A stretch of DNA of 63,690 bases, filler included, from Dicyema japonicum (Eukaryota; Animalia; Dicyemida): assembly GCA_011109175.1 (NCBI GenBank). It is 12 parts of 12 records of this genome, joined end to end, with 100 filler letters (N's around TTAATTAATTAA, not from the genome) between each part and the next. Parts side by side here need not be neighbours in the genome. Positions count along the whole stretch, not along the records: positions 7,783 to 15,420 come from RDEW01000021.1; positions 15,521 to 22,195 come from RDEW01000092.1; positions 22,296 to 46,618 come from RDEW01000175.1; 9 more parts are not named here. One strand, 5' to 3'. Under the pieces are notes generated by a model that ran no database searches, was not told where the DNA came from, and saw nothing but the letters and a program-made list of their open reading frames with translations. Positions 13,118 to 24,974 of this stretch are shown piece after piece. Numbering within the stretch: the first letter of the stretch is position 1; every line of letters begins with the position of its first letter. A program made the position numbers and the translations under genes.

Positions 13118-13579
13118 CACCTGGTGGAAGGTTCCACGCATCTACGATGCTAAAAGGGATTGACAAGTGACGCCGTCATCAGTGGATACTCACTGCGGAA
13201 CTGGATTGTCTAGAAAGGACACTCAGACAATAAAAAGAAGTGAAGATCATTCCTTTGCTCTACGATTAGTTAAAATTAACTGTTCTTTACTTAATAAGTG
13301 TGTGTCCTGTTTTATGCGGAGATAATATTATGGCTCCGTGAAAAGGCTGTTATCATTCTGGCTATGTCGGTGCTTTTAGGTTCAATAAATTTAATTTAAT
13401 GGTTTTAATTATTTCAATTTAAATAGCGTTGATGTTTTGATCAGCCAAACTTATTCCAATTTCTTTGTCAAACTTAGCGAGTTGTACAAATTTATTAAGT
13501 TTTATGGAAATCTTAACCAACTAAAAAAGCTCTGTCGTCAGAATATTTTTTTCAAAATACTTGGATTTTTAATTTATTT

Positions 13580-14400
13580 TGATGAATTTTACTGGTGTGG
13601 AGATTGATTCACGGAACTAAAGAAAAAAGTGTATATTTGAGGGAGATTCCAATGTAACTAATTGTTTATTTTCAGAGGAATTTTCATTAACGAGGATTCT
13701 ACTTTGAAATGATTTCTTTATAATGACTCGATTGAAGGAGAGGCTGATGATTATTCATTCGAGTAAAAAAATGTTATTATGAGGTTTCTTGATGCTGATT
13801 TATATCCACTTTTGATAGATCGTAAAGTTGAGGACTCCAATAATTCTAAGGGACGGAATCTTTCATTGCCGATTAGAGAATCTGATTTTAACTATCAACA
13901 GAAAAGACTTATTATTTTTACAAGAATTCTAAAATCCTTTCCATTCATTGACTCTCGTTAAACATGAATTGACATTCCCCTATCGTTACGACCATATATA
14001 TGGGCATGTCCTTTAAATATGAATTCTAATTACATAAGCTCTGTTGTGGACTTTAAAAAACTTGATTTTGACGGACAAGTTATGTTCCTTGAATATTTTA
14101 GATTTGAGATATCAAACGATGTAATCAGTACACTATTTTACTTCAATACTCTTTTGGTGGATTTATGCTTAAGAAATGATGGCTCCATGGGTCATTCAAC
14201 ATACCCAAGGCAAAAGAAGGTCAATTGGTTAGGAAGTTCCCCTCCTCAATCGGATTCCTTTGCAGGGGTGAGAGACGGCTATTTCGTACGGTATTGGGAA
14301 CAATGGGAGACATCGATTAGTTATAATAATTGTTCTTTACATAAACGCACCCCTTGGACGCCGCCGGACCCCTCCAGTAGATGGGAATAAATTTGTTTTT
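13580..14400 (+). CDS. TBCK: TBCK-like (Rab-GAP TBC domain) gene fragment, spliced and frameshifted
   Basis: LYPLL...LPIRESDFNYQQKRLIIFTRILKSFPF, DIPLSLRPYIWA and DIKRCNQY match the recalled TBCK pre-TBC/TBC sequence (FYPLL, [44 protein letters not shown]). Introns are 22-23 nt. Confidence 0.6.
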
Positions 14401-15813
14401 TTTCACCGAGTTAATCTTAAAAATCAAGATCCCAACTCTATTACCAAAAACGCTAACTCCAAGAACAAGAGTCCCTCCGTAATACCATTAATCATAAGCC
14501 TAACTTTTACTTAACCAATTTTGGTTAAACTCTACGAATAAACTCTTTATTCTCGAGCAGCTATACGGGATGTATGTACCCTATTCTATCCCTGAAATAA
14601 AGCTAAACGATATTTAAAAAGAAAATCGTAGTTACCTGAAAAATCAGGAGTTATCTAAAGAATCACCTAATGATCTTGAACCATAATGATGTTTATTCAA
14701 AATTAAATATACCGAGTTAGGCGACACTGCTAGAAATTGAAGTTATGTAGGAATCGGACCCTTGGCTAAACAAAACGACCAAAGCACAACGACAAGTAAC
14801 TAAACAAAAACATTTTTTAAACACAAAAAACAATTAATACAATCAGATGCTACATTGTTTCCCCCACTTCAGTATTTTAGAATGTTAACAAATAAGGAAT
14901 CGTTTTAGTCTGTTAGCTGTGATGCCTCAGCCTCACTAACTTGTAAGAGAACAGCGGCTATTATGTCGGAAGGGAAAATAAAAAATATTAATATTTGATA
15001 AATTATTTAAATAAAAAATTAAACGGAATTAATTCAAATGGTCAGCCTAATTTTCATTGTTAATTTTTTTTATTTCATCAAAAAATTATTTCAAAAACGA
15101 ATCATTCGATGATACCTTTAAAGACGACGAATATTATGGAATCAAATGTAAGGATTTTCTAGAAAAATATAGTTGAATTAATTTTTAACTTTTCAGATAA
15201 ATCAAATTCTGGTTTACAACTTAACGTTAGAAAGGCTATTTTTTATTGAAAATTCAAAATTCATAGGCCACCACAATTTACTTTCAAAACAAGACAAATT
15301 TTGTATGAATTGGTGATAAATCAATTCGCTGACATGGTTACCTCACAATATGTATTGTAGACAAATGAAATCAGCAAACCAAACAAATTCAATTTATATG
15401 ATTCTTATGATACGTACGATNNNNNNNNNNNNNNNNNNNNNNNNNNNNNNNNNNNNNNNNNNNNTTAATTAATTAANNNNNNNNNNNNNNNNNNNNNNNN
15501 NNNNNNNNNNNNNNNNNNNNGCTGAAGAAGACTTTAGAGAGCATGCTTGTAGAATATAAACACGGGTTTGAACAAATAACGATGGCGATTAACAATAATT
15601 GGGAAATGATGAAGAATCCTCTTACTGGATGCAATTTGGGAAAGAGGCGACGCGACACTGATAAAGAGTTGGATGATCCAGAAAATAGGAAGGGAAGCGG
15701 AGATACTACCAAGAGAGTCTCGGTGGGTGCTGGGCTGGTCGGAGAGACCAGAAGTTGATACATTAATTAGATGATATGACTATTCTTTGTTTTGTTTTAA
15801 CGGTTCAATGTAA

Positions 15814-15994
15814 TTTTATATGTATGATATGCCATTAACCTTCGATCAGTTATTACTTCATTTAATTTTATTAAAATAGACATCGAAGTACAAATGTGGT
15901 TTTCTATCTTTTATATGTATGATATGCCATTAACCTTCGATCAGTTATTACTTCATTTAATTTTATTAAAATAGACATCGAAGTGCAAATGTGG
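15814..15994. repeat. Two-copy tandem duplication, 95-bp period
   Basis: 15814-15899 is repeated at 15909-15994. Confidence 0.9.
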
Positions 15995-16570
15995 CTGTCT
16001 ATCGGACGAACTGGGTCTCCACCTCCTCTCATGCCGGAGCGGAATTGGCAGATCTTCTCGACATTCGGCAATGAACGGCATCATTAAGAGGGCATTAGAA
16101 TCGGCTGGATTCCGTTGCCGGATCGAACCGACTGGTCTATTTGACAACGGAAGACGCCCTGACGGCATGACCTCCTTTCCTTTTGAGCGAGGGCGAAACC
16201 TTGTATGGGATGTGACCTGTGTCTACTCTTTCGGCCCAAGCAAAAAAAATAATTCACCGGGCAGACATTCTTCTCAAGCAGAGGAAGTAAAAAATGCTAA
16301 ATATTCGGATATCAGCGACAGTTACATTTTCGCACCTGTCGCGATTGAAACTTCGGGGAACTTTGGCTTTAAAACGCTGAAGTTCCTAAACCATTTGGAA
16401 AAACTACTAACTGACAAAACTGGTGATCTTCGTGATACGAGATGGCTCAAGGAGAGGCTCTCGTTGGCTGTTGTCCGTGGGAATAGCTTGTGCATCTCCC
16501 AACAGCTGAATTAAAATTAACTATTCTTTTTCCTTTTTCCTTATAAATAAATGATAAATTTAAAAAAAAA
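15981..16570 (+). mobile_element. 5'-truncated CRE-clade-like non-LTR element: CCHC knuckle plus restriction-like endonuclease
   Basis: Open frame KCKCGCLSDELGLHLLSC...RH...RRPDG...LVWDVT...EEVKNAKY...FAPVAIETSG...RLSLAVVRGNS*, followed by AATAAA and an A-run at about 16562-16570. Confidence 0.8.
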
Positions 16571-16999
16571 TAGACATTATTATAAGATATATAGTTATAA
16601 TTAATATTAAATGATTTTTGACCTTGGTGAAGGTTTACCAGAAGATATATATTTGGCATTCTTTTAGTAACATCTACTATTGCCAGATAATCACAAATTA
16701 TACATCTTCTCCTCGCATGGTTATGTTCGTCTTTATTATGTCACATGGGCCAAGCGTTACCTATGGGCAGCCTGTTACATTAACCTTGAACCAAGATTAA
16801 CTTCAATTAAATTTATAAATGATTTATTAACCACAAAAAATTAAATTTAAGTAACTTTTTTTAGTCTACTCATTGATACAGTCGATACTTTTACTTTCGA
16901 ATTTTTTATCTATCAAATTAAACTATTTAAAACTACCTCCACGCGATTATTCGATACAATATTAATTATTTCTGCAACTGGATAATACTGAGACTCAAA

Positions 17000-18000
17000 C
17001 TTATCCAGTCGCAATGAGGGATTCGTTCCAAAGTCCTTTTTAGCCCGAACCTATTTATTAATGTTTTTGATTCATACTTTATCTCCCATGTTAAAAGTAT
17101 ATTTACTATTATAAACATTCATTTTCCTGTTCATAGCTTTGTAATAATTTGAATTTTCTTCAATCGATTTAATTTCGAAGTTGAATCTCTTCGCATTCGG
17201 ACACAAATTATCTGACTGGGAATTATCTAGATATAAATATTTTAAATCAAACTACGTGAATTTTCAATAGATTCTGGAGTCGAACAATTAACCAAATCGT
17301 CAATTTGTTCTGGAATTGCACACTCATCACTTAAATTATCTAAGTCATAATGTTAAGTATAACCATTAATTATTAAATTTATTCCATTAATTCCTCGATA
17401 TCTTTCGAAAGGACTTTCGTTAGAAAATGAATGAACCGATATGTTGTAACTGTAGACAGCACTTTCTAATTTATCAAGCCACTTTTTTTCACTGTTATCC
17501 AGCATTTTTGACAATTTCCTCGTGATCGTCTGATTAAATCTTTCGACAATTCCTTGTGCTCGTGGATTGTTAGGCCTCTGCTTGAGAAGAAGGACTGCCC
17601 GGTGAAGAGATTCCGTGAAAATATACATAAAACAATAGAAAATTCTAAAAATAGACTCCACCTAACATATTTTGAATATTTGTCGATTATTTCCATTCAC
17701 ATAACGCACATTCAGAAATAATGCATTTGAGTCAATTAAGCCTTCTTTATACCCAATATATGCTAAATTTTCGAGACTGTCTATACAAAAAGTACAATAT
17801 TTTTCATATCTATTTAATAAACTTCAAATTTGAGTGTATATTTGTGTATTCGTTATTTTCATTATTCTTTTATACGAAATATTTTCTTTATTCTTTTTGA
17901 TATCAAAGTTGAGCGTATCTTTGTGTGATTGTTGTTAATATTGTTCTTTCATACAAATATAGTCGACGTGGCTTGATTATGGGTAAAATCCGTGTCTTCC
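17000..18000 (-). mobile_element. rve integrase remnant without adjacent RT (Ginger2/TDD- or KRBA2-like)
   Basis: IIDKYSKY, RPNNPRAQGIVERFNQT, WLDKLESAVYSYNISVH and SPFE, with downstream FNMGDKV...KDFGTN. Frameshifted. Confidence 0.75.
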
Positions 18001-18199
18001 TTCGTCTCTTGAAGACTAAAGAGACATCGAATACTCGAATTTGTAAATAAAAGTGAGGGTGAGATCTGCTAATGGCCTTCCCATAGAAATAGTTAATATC
18101 ATAGTGATTATTGACTTAATAATAAGACAGTAATCATTTACGTGGACAATTGCTATTTCATTGATCGATTGAAGACGCAATGACAACCTCTATGATAGG

Positions 18200-18860
18200 G
18201 ACTTGGCCAGACTCCTCAAATGACAGTATTTATATCCGTGGACATCACAAAAGCGTTCGACACAGTCCCCAGGAAATTCCTTAAAAAGAAGATATTTGAA
18301 ACGAACATCCACCTGAACTTGAAGCTCAAGTACTCTGCAACAACATCAAATCAAGATCTCGCTATTTTCCAAATGGGGTTTCTCAAGGCTCACCACTCAC
18401 ATTTACATAAACGACATGCCACAAACTTGTAATGAGAACTTTCTAATCCTCTCTTACAGCGACGATATCATTCTTGCCTCCAAGAACTAGTGCATTCATT
18501 TAGCGACTCAGTCGACCAACAAATGTTTGAAAAGCTGGAACTGTAGCTCGAGAATCGGAAGATTGATACATCAGGTACAAAGTCCTCTGTAACCCTGTTT
18601 ACCACGTACAAAAGACAGCTCTGTGTCGATCCAAATATCCTTATGAAGAACGAGGCTATTCCTATTAACAAAACAATTCTGAGGGTCACAAATGATCAGG
18701 GACTCTCATTTATCCGACATTTGAGAACAAAGTAAATTCTGCTCTGAAGAAAATGAGAATCCTAAAAGTGATCTCAAAAACAGTCAAAGACTAAACTGGG
18801 AGCCTTGTCAGTTTATGAACAATTTATCCGACCCACGATGACGTATGCAAGTCCTTCATA
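18200..18860 (+). mobile_element. Degenerate Jockey/I-like RT remnant
   Basis: VDITKAFDTVPR, NGVSQGSPL and YSDDI in shifting frames. Confidence 0.75.
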
Positions 18861-21800
18861 GGAAATGTAGATTTCACACTCTTTGTCATTCAACTACCCG
18901 CAGTCCATGAGGCAGCAATAAAGTTAGGCATTCCTGAGTCGAATAAATCACATGAAGCAATTGGCTTAAGTGTGATATCCAACCACTATCAGTACTTTCC
19001 TGATAAATTAGATTATCATATAATTCTGCATATAATAGAGCGAAGATTATAATTCCAATAAAATGGTTGTTTTGTTGTGTTAACAAATTCAGGTAAAACC
19101 TCCAATAAATTATAAAAATAATCAAAATAGGATGATAATAAGACGGCCTCGTTTTTCGATTTGGAGTCTATTTTGATTCCACAGGACTCATACGAAGAGG
19201 CGATATATAATGCTATATCATTCATTAATAGGTTAATCAATATGGGGGAACACCGAGATTATGTTTGACTTTCATTTATTTTAGGGAATCGATCCGAATA
19301 TTCCACATTAATTTGGTTTTCTTATCTGTCAGGTTAGTTTGGTTTTTTATTACAATCGATTTTTATTTTCAATGAAAATTAGTATTATTAATTTCAATCT
19401 AAGCTGCTTGAATGGGTGGGCTATTTCCGCTGACAATGGCTATAGAGACACGCTCTCTAGATCCTTGGACACCTTTTGGATCATTGAGTTGTCTCACGTA
19501 GACCCTTGGTGACCTTTTCGATTATTATCCAGTTTCACGTTACTCCTAGGTGACCTTTGGATCATTTAGTCGATCCGACAACTAGATCTTGTGGGCCAAG
19601 GATTCTTGACGTCTCAAAAACAAATGATCCTCCGAAATGCTTCAGTACTTCCTTCTCTTTTGATCCTTGACTTGGTTAGAAACATAACCTAGATATGACA
19701 CTAAAACAGCCAAATTAATCGAAGAGTACGTCACAGCACACGTAGCGCTCCATATCGGGTTTCGAAAATTAGCGAATGAGAAGATCATCATCCCATCGGG
19801 CGCTTACCATCACTCAGGGGAAGACCAGATTAAAAACTAATTGTATTTGGATATTAATACAGTAAACTCTCTTACTTGCCAATTATTATTACTTCTGAGC
19901 GACTAATTCGGACACTTGGATTACCCACCTAGGCAAAGCTATATTTTGAAGAGAATTTTCAGTATTGGAATTTCCACTGTCATTAAGGTATCCAGAGGAT
20001 TACCGACCCCTCCTATTAGTTAATGAGGCAAAGTAAATTATCATTATTTTCTTAGTGTTTATCTTTTTCTTAACAAATTACCTAATCTCTGACTTGTTTA
20101 AATATCTCCACCTAAATCAATATTGTCGATTTTCTAAAATTCTATGATTTTAAAATTAGAACTTTTGGATACTGCTTTGAAAAATCCTGATAAATTTTTG
20201 AAATTTTTTGGAGGGAACTTTTTTTCGAATATTTTTGTAAGAATTAAATCTAAACTTTGCAAAATGCAAAACATTAATATGAGATTTTCAAAACCTTTCG
20301 CTCTCCTTTAGCGATTTCCCACTTTCTTCACTGAATTTATGTTACTAATACTAAATTCGCAATATCCTCCGCTCTTTTTGATCTCACGTGAAATCTCAAA
20401 TGTCTCAGAAAATTGAAGTCGCACAACGGTTCTCCGATGACATGCCATTTCTTGAATTATTTTTTTTCCTACAAAATATTCAGGACTCTCCCTTGCTCTA
20501 TGGACCCAAATTTCTTGAAAATCATCTACAAGGAGAAGATGCAAAATAAAAGAAAACTTAATGTACCTCTTTATGACAGTAAATGAGCTTTATGATTAAT
20601 TTTTATCAGTTCTTCCTCTAACTCGCTTTTTATCGCGACACGGCAGGTCTCATTAGCCAAATTCTCAACCACCTCACGGATCGCATGCTGAACTCTCTGG
20701 GAGGCTCAACATTTTTAGACACGTGTGAACTTTTGAACGCCATAAAACTTTGAGAAACAAGATCTGTTTTTACAATCAAATTGACCAAACTGAAATTGGA
20801 CCAACACCAACATTGATGTCTTGCCCCAAATCGATAAATAAGGCTCTTTCCGTCGCCTTCTTTGGAGCGCTTCTAAATAATTACTAAACACACATAAGAG
20901 TCCTCTCCTGTCGAATGAGCAGAAAACTTCACATCCATATCTGTCGAATAGAGAAAACTATAAGGAGACTGTCCACAAGACAATTAACGAACTTATCTCG
21001 ATGCTAAAAAGACTAAAACGTTGAAAAAGGAAAAATATAAAATTCTTTTCTTTTAATTTGTCTATACCTTAGTTAAAACATAATCGGGATGTAATTCTCC
21101 GACCTCCATAAATAGCCTTTGTATCAACGACCTTCTGAAGTCTCCGCAGAATTGACAGAAGCAGAAGTTCTCTGTTTCAGAGAGTTCTCATCAACTTGGT
21201 GTATTTTCACAGCGGTCGTTATATATCTTGACAGAACTATATGAAAAATCTGACTATGGAATTCGTCTCAGTCCGTTTCCTTCCACATTTACTGTGTTTA
21301 ATTAGTTTTCAGTTTCCCCGGAACATAATATGTCGCGTCCCGTGGTGATGACGCGTCCCACACTGGTTACATGTCACTGTCAAACCAAATGCCAGATGTC
21401 ATATTAATATGGCTTTGATCATTTTTAAGGTTGAGCAGATTTGAATCTCCATATGAAAATCCAAGTAAAATGACTCAAATTTTGTCAAACAACCGAATAG
21501 AGGTTTATTTAATTTTTTTATCACAGATTAAGGCAAGATCAGAAGAATTGAAAATAGTCAACATGAATCGAGTCAAGAAAATATAGACTTAAAAAATACA
21601 TTCTTTGATTTTTGATTAGAAACCAATTAGTGTTGATTTGATGTAGGTGACATGTCGTAAATTCTTTGATTTTTAGATAAGAAATGACAAGTGCATGTGA
21701 AATGTAACCCGCAGTGGATGAGTAACCCGTGCGGGACATAATATCCAGCTGTCTTACCACTGAAAGCGTCTTTTTTTAATTGTTGCTTTCATGTTACCCA

Positions 21801-21911
21801 CTGGTTTGCTTTATTTGAAGGAAGCGATGGTTAATAATTGTCGTATGTGATAGCGTCCGGGCTGTTGATACTGTCCGGGTTGATAAGACAAATTTATCAC
21901 TTGAAAACATT

Positions 21912-22195
21912 AAAAAATTTTATTTTGAGTCAATAAAGCGATTAAGCAAGAAAAGGGTCGAAAATAGAAGAGGTCGAAGGATCGGTCCCTTGTTCCCTCA
22001 AAAAACAAAAAAATTTATTTTGAGTCAATAAAGCGATTAAGCAAGAAAAGGGTCGAAAATAGAAGAGGTCGAAGGATCGGTCCCTTGTTCACTCAAAAAA
22101 CAAAAAAATTTATTTTGAGTCAATAAAGCGATTAAGCAAGAAAAGGGTCGAAAATAAAAGAGGTCGAAGGATCGGTCCCTTGTTCACTCAAAAAA
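21912..22195. repeat. Tandem repeat, 95-bp unit, 3 copies, truncated by scaffold end
   Basis: gagtcaataaagcg... recurs at 21927, 22022 and 22117; copies differ at only 1-2 positions. Confidence 0.95.
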
Positions 22196-22294
22196 NNNNN
22201 NNNNNNNNNNNNNNNNNNNNNNNNNNNNNNNNNNNNNNNTTAATTAATTAANNNNNNNNNNNNNNNNNNNNNNNNNNNNNNNNNNNNNNNNNNN

Positions 22295-23872
22295 NGGGAA
22301 ATGGTTGGACAGGTCGAGAACTGATATTGTCTGTGCATGGATGATGAGTATAGACAGAGAGGAGTCAAAATATATATTCTGAATGGCATCCCACTCCTTT
22401 ATTTCAGTATAGAATGTAATAATCTGCATTATTGTCACCCCCCACTCACTCGGACTGACTCACATTCAATACGGGGAGTCGTCCCTAACCTCAGAATCCG
22501 CCTCATATTTCCAGCCTCCCAAACCGTACAGTCCCGTCGGCGTGGCTTAGTCAGACACAACAACTACCCAGTGACCAGGACGTCTTGTGTGTACTCAGGA
22601 GGAGGGAGGGAGTAGGAGGCAATGCAGGTTATCGGGGGTTTGTTGATGGACTCGACCAAGGGGAGGGTGGTCACCTCCCAGTCTTCGAAGGTGAGGTCCA
22701 CCACGGCCAATTCATGGGCACTGACACAAATATGTTGTAGGGGATATCTAATGGTATAAATAATAGTTTTAAAACACGAATTCCAGTGGACCCTCAATAT
22801 TATGAAATCGACCACTGGGGACTCAAAACTGAGGACCAGTCGTCTTTCTGACTTGAGGACTGTCACCACATTCCCGAATCCAAAGTTGACAGAGCAGCCC
22901 CCAATAAAGCAGGCCAGTCCACTCACCTCGTCACTCTCCATTTTGGTGATTGGCTGGCATTCTACACTATGAGGACTCCCCAGTACCCTTGTTTGCGTAA
23001 AGGGTGATGTTCCTGACCGGAAGTGGGTGTGGTCGTCCTCAAAGTCCATCTTCTCGTACATTCCGTTCTCATAAGTACAGTTGAAACATATTCCGTCACT
23101 ACACCAGTTGGCAGTCACCAAATTCTATTATTTATATTTGAATATATTTAACTTGTTTTAAAGATATAGTTTTTAATATTTTATTTCTACTGTTCAATAG
23201 TATTATTGTCCCTGTCTTGTGGGCTATCATAAGTACCACAATTCGGGTTCTGAGATATGGCCACTATATCACCCCTGTGTGTCACCAACCAAGAACTAAC
23301 TCGCACTGGTTGAGTACACCACATTCCTCCTGTTATGGGCCCCCTCAATGTCAAAGACACGAATGAACGTGTGCTGTCCTCCACCCCCCTCCGCATAGCC
23401 CAGCCACACCTCCCTCCTGTCAGCCGTTAGGCAACAGGCGGTCAGTTTGGACTCGTCTCTACCAAATATTAATTAATCCAACAGTTCTGAGAGTAGACTA
23501 GTGCATTGTAGACTAAGCTGCAGTTGTTGGTCCACTTGGCCAGTCCATACACTTGATGGCCTCCCTCCCGACCAGGAGTAGTTGGTTCTTCCATAGTTTG
23601 ACCATACTTAACCTCAATCCTGGAGAAGTACAAATATTGGGCCTTTCTATCGACTTGGCAGACGTGGTGAGTGTCCGGGAGGGCATATCTGGCAAGGAAT
23701 GGGTAGAGGCATACAAGTGGAGGTGATCCTCGCTTAGGATCCCCAGCAGTTGGTTTCTCTCTTGAAAGCAACAGCGATGGGATTGGACGGGTATCCAAAA
23801 TTACTTTTCTAATAAAATGATTTATCAATTTAATTAAACCTTGAAGAATTTGAAGTATTCGTCATTAGTCAT
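22295..23872 (-). CDS. Lethal giant larvae / tomosyn (STXBP5) family WD40 protein, 3' part lost in gap
   Basis: Spliced start MTNDEYFKFFK|KSNFGYPSNPIAVAF (cf. HGFP.QPSALA). Also FIGG...VLSFESPVVDF, HELAVVDL...PLVESINKPPITC and VLVTG|HADGTVRF (cf. LLTGHEDGTVRFW). Introns of 31 and 22 nt; at least 2 frameshifts. Confidence 0.75.
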
Positions 23873-24974
23873 GTCATTTTGGTTTGCTCTCATGCACCTG
23901 AACAGGACCTCAAGCCCATAAGCAAGCCGAGTTATTTCAGCTTGGTTGATAAATTCAAAAATGACGAGAAATATCTGATAAGATTATTTCTACGAATATT
24001 ATACCGCCGTGGTCTAATTTATGTGATCAATTCATATTCTCCTGAGTTATGTCAAAAAGGATAAAACGAAGCCCCAGCTTCCATAATTGGCTTGTGATTC
24101 ATCACCAATGCTTTTAGAGTAACCTTCCAGGAATCCTCTTGGTACAACATACAGCAGGAGAATTATTTTGTCACTTCTACAAAAAGTCTTGAAATGAGCG
24201 TTGGTGCTCGTTAAATTACTCGAAGCCACCAACCATGAAGGTCATTTTGTTCCCAGAAGTAATGTGGGAATGTCATCGTATTGGCGAAAGCCGTGCATTT
24301 TCAGTCAAATCAATAAAGAACGACATTTATATTGTTAAGTTGGCTCTCGAATATCGAAGAGTGCCGACGCTTGTTTGATAAAATTGTTTGAAGGACTTGC
24401 CGAGTTCAGGATTGCAGGATATAGTGGGACATATTGAGTCCTACCAGTTCATTCAGGTAACCTGTAGAGTAAACTGGCTCAGAAATGTGTAATGTCTACA
24501 AAAGGATTGGAGATGGTTGTTTATATCTCGTTGATCAAACCAAGTCATCGAAAACTTTCATAATCGGATCAGTGCGGATGTGAATATAGGTCAACTTAAT
24601 TAATGAGGAATATATAACCAGGCATTGCAATATTCACCGATGTATATTTCATTGCTTGCATTATTTGTATGCACTGCATTCTCTTGTGACCAGAACTCGC
24701 TATTTGCTGGCCTTGTAATGCTATCATTTCACTCCTCTTTTAGCAACCACTACAGAAACACCTGCAGAAGGTATTTTAAATAAATAAATGCTTATTTAGA
24801 AAGACGTACATACACTGACCCCAGATGTATTATTCTTTAGCCACACTACTATTATAGAGACGCAATGAATTGATCAATGCGAAATGGTATGAAATACGTT
24901 TATATTTATGTTAGAATATCTTAGTGCAGTGGACTCAACAAAGATATGTAAGCCAGTAGTACAATAATATGCAG

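Noticed and set aside
20250-21760. Mariner-like (FVSVRFLPHLL, +) or SAC3/GANP-like (-) fragments
   Set aside because: Two conflicting weak readings and no continuous model; profile searches are needed.
21912-22195. CRISPR-like array
   Set aside because: Whole 95-bp units repeat with no unique spacers, there are no cas genes, and the context is eukaryotic.
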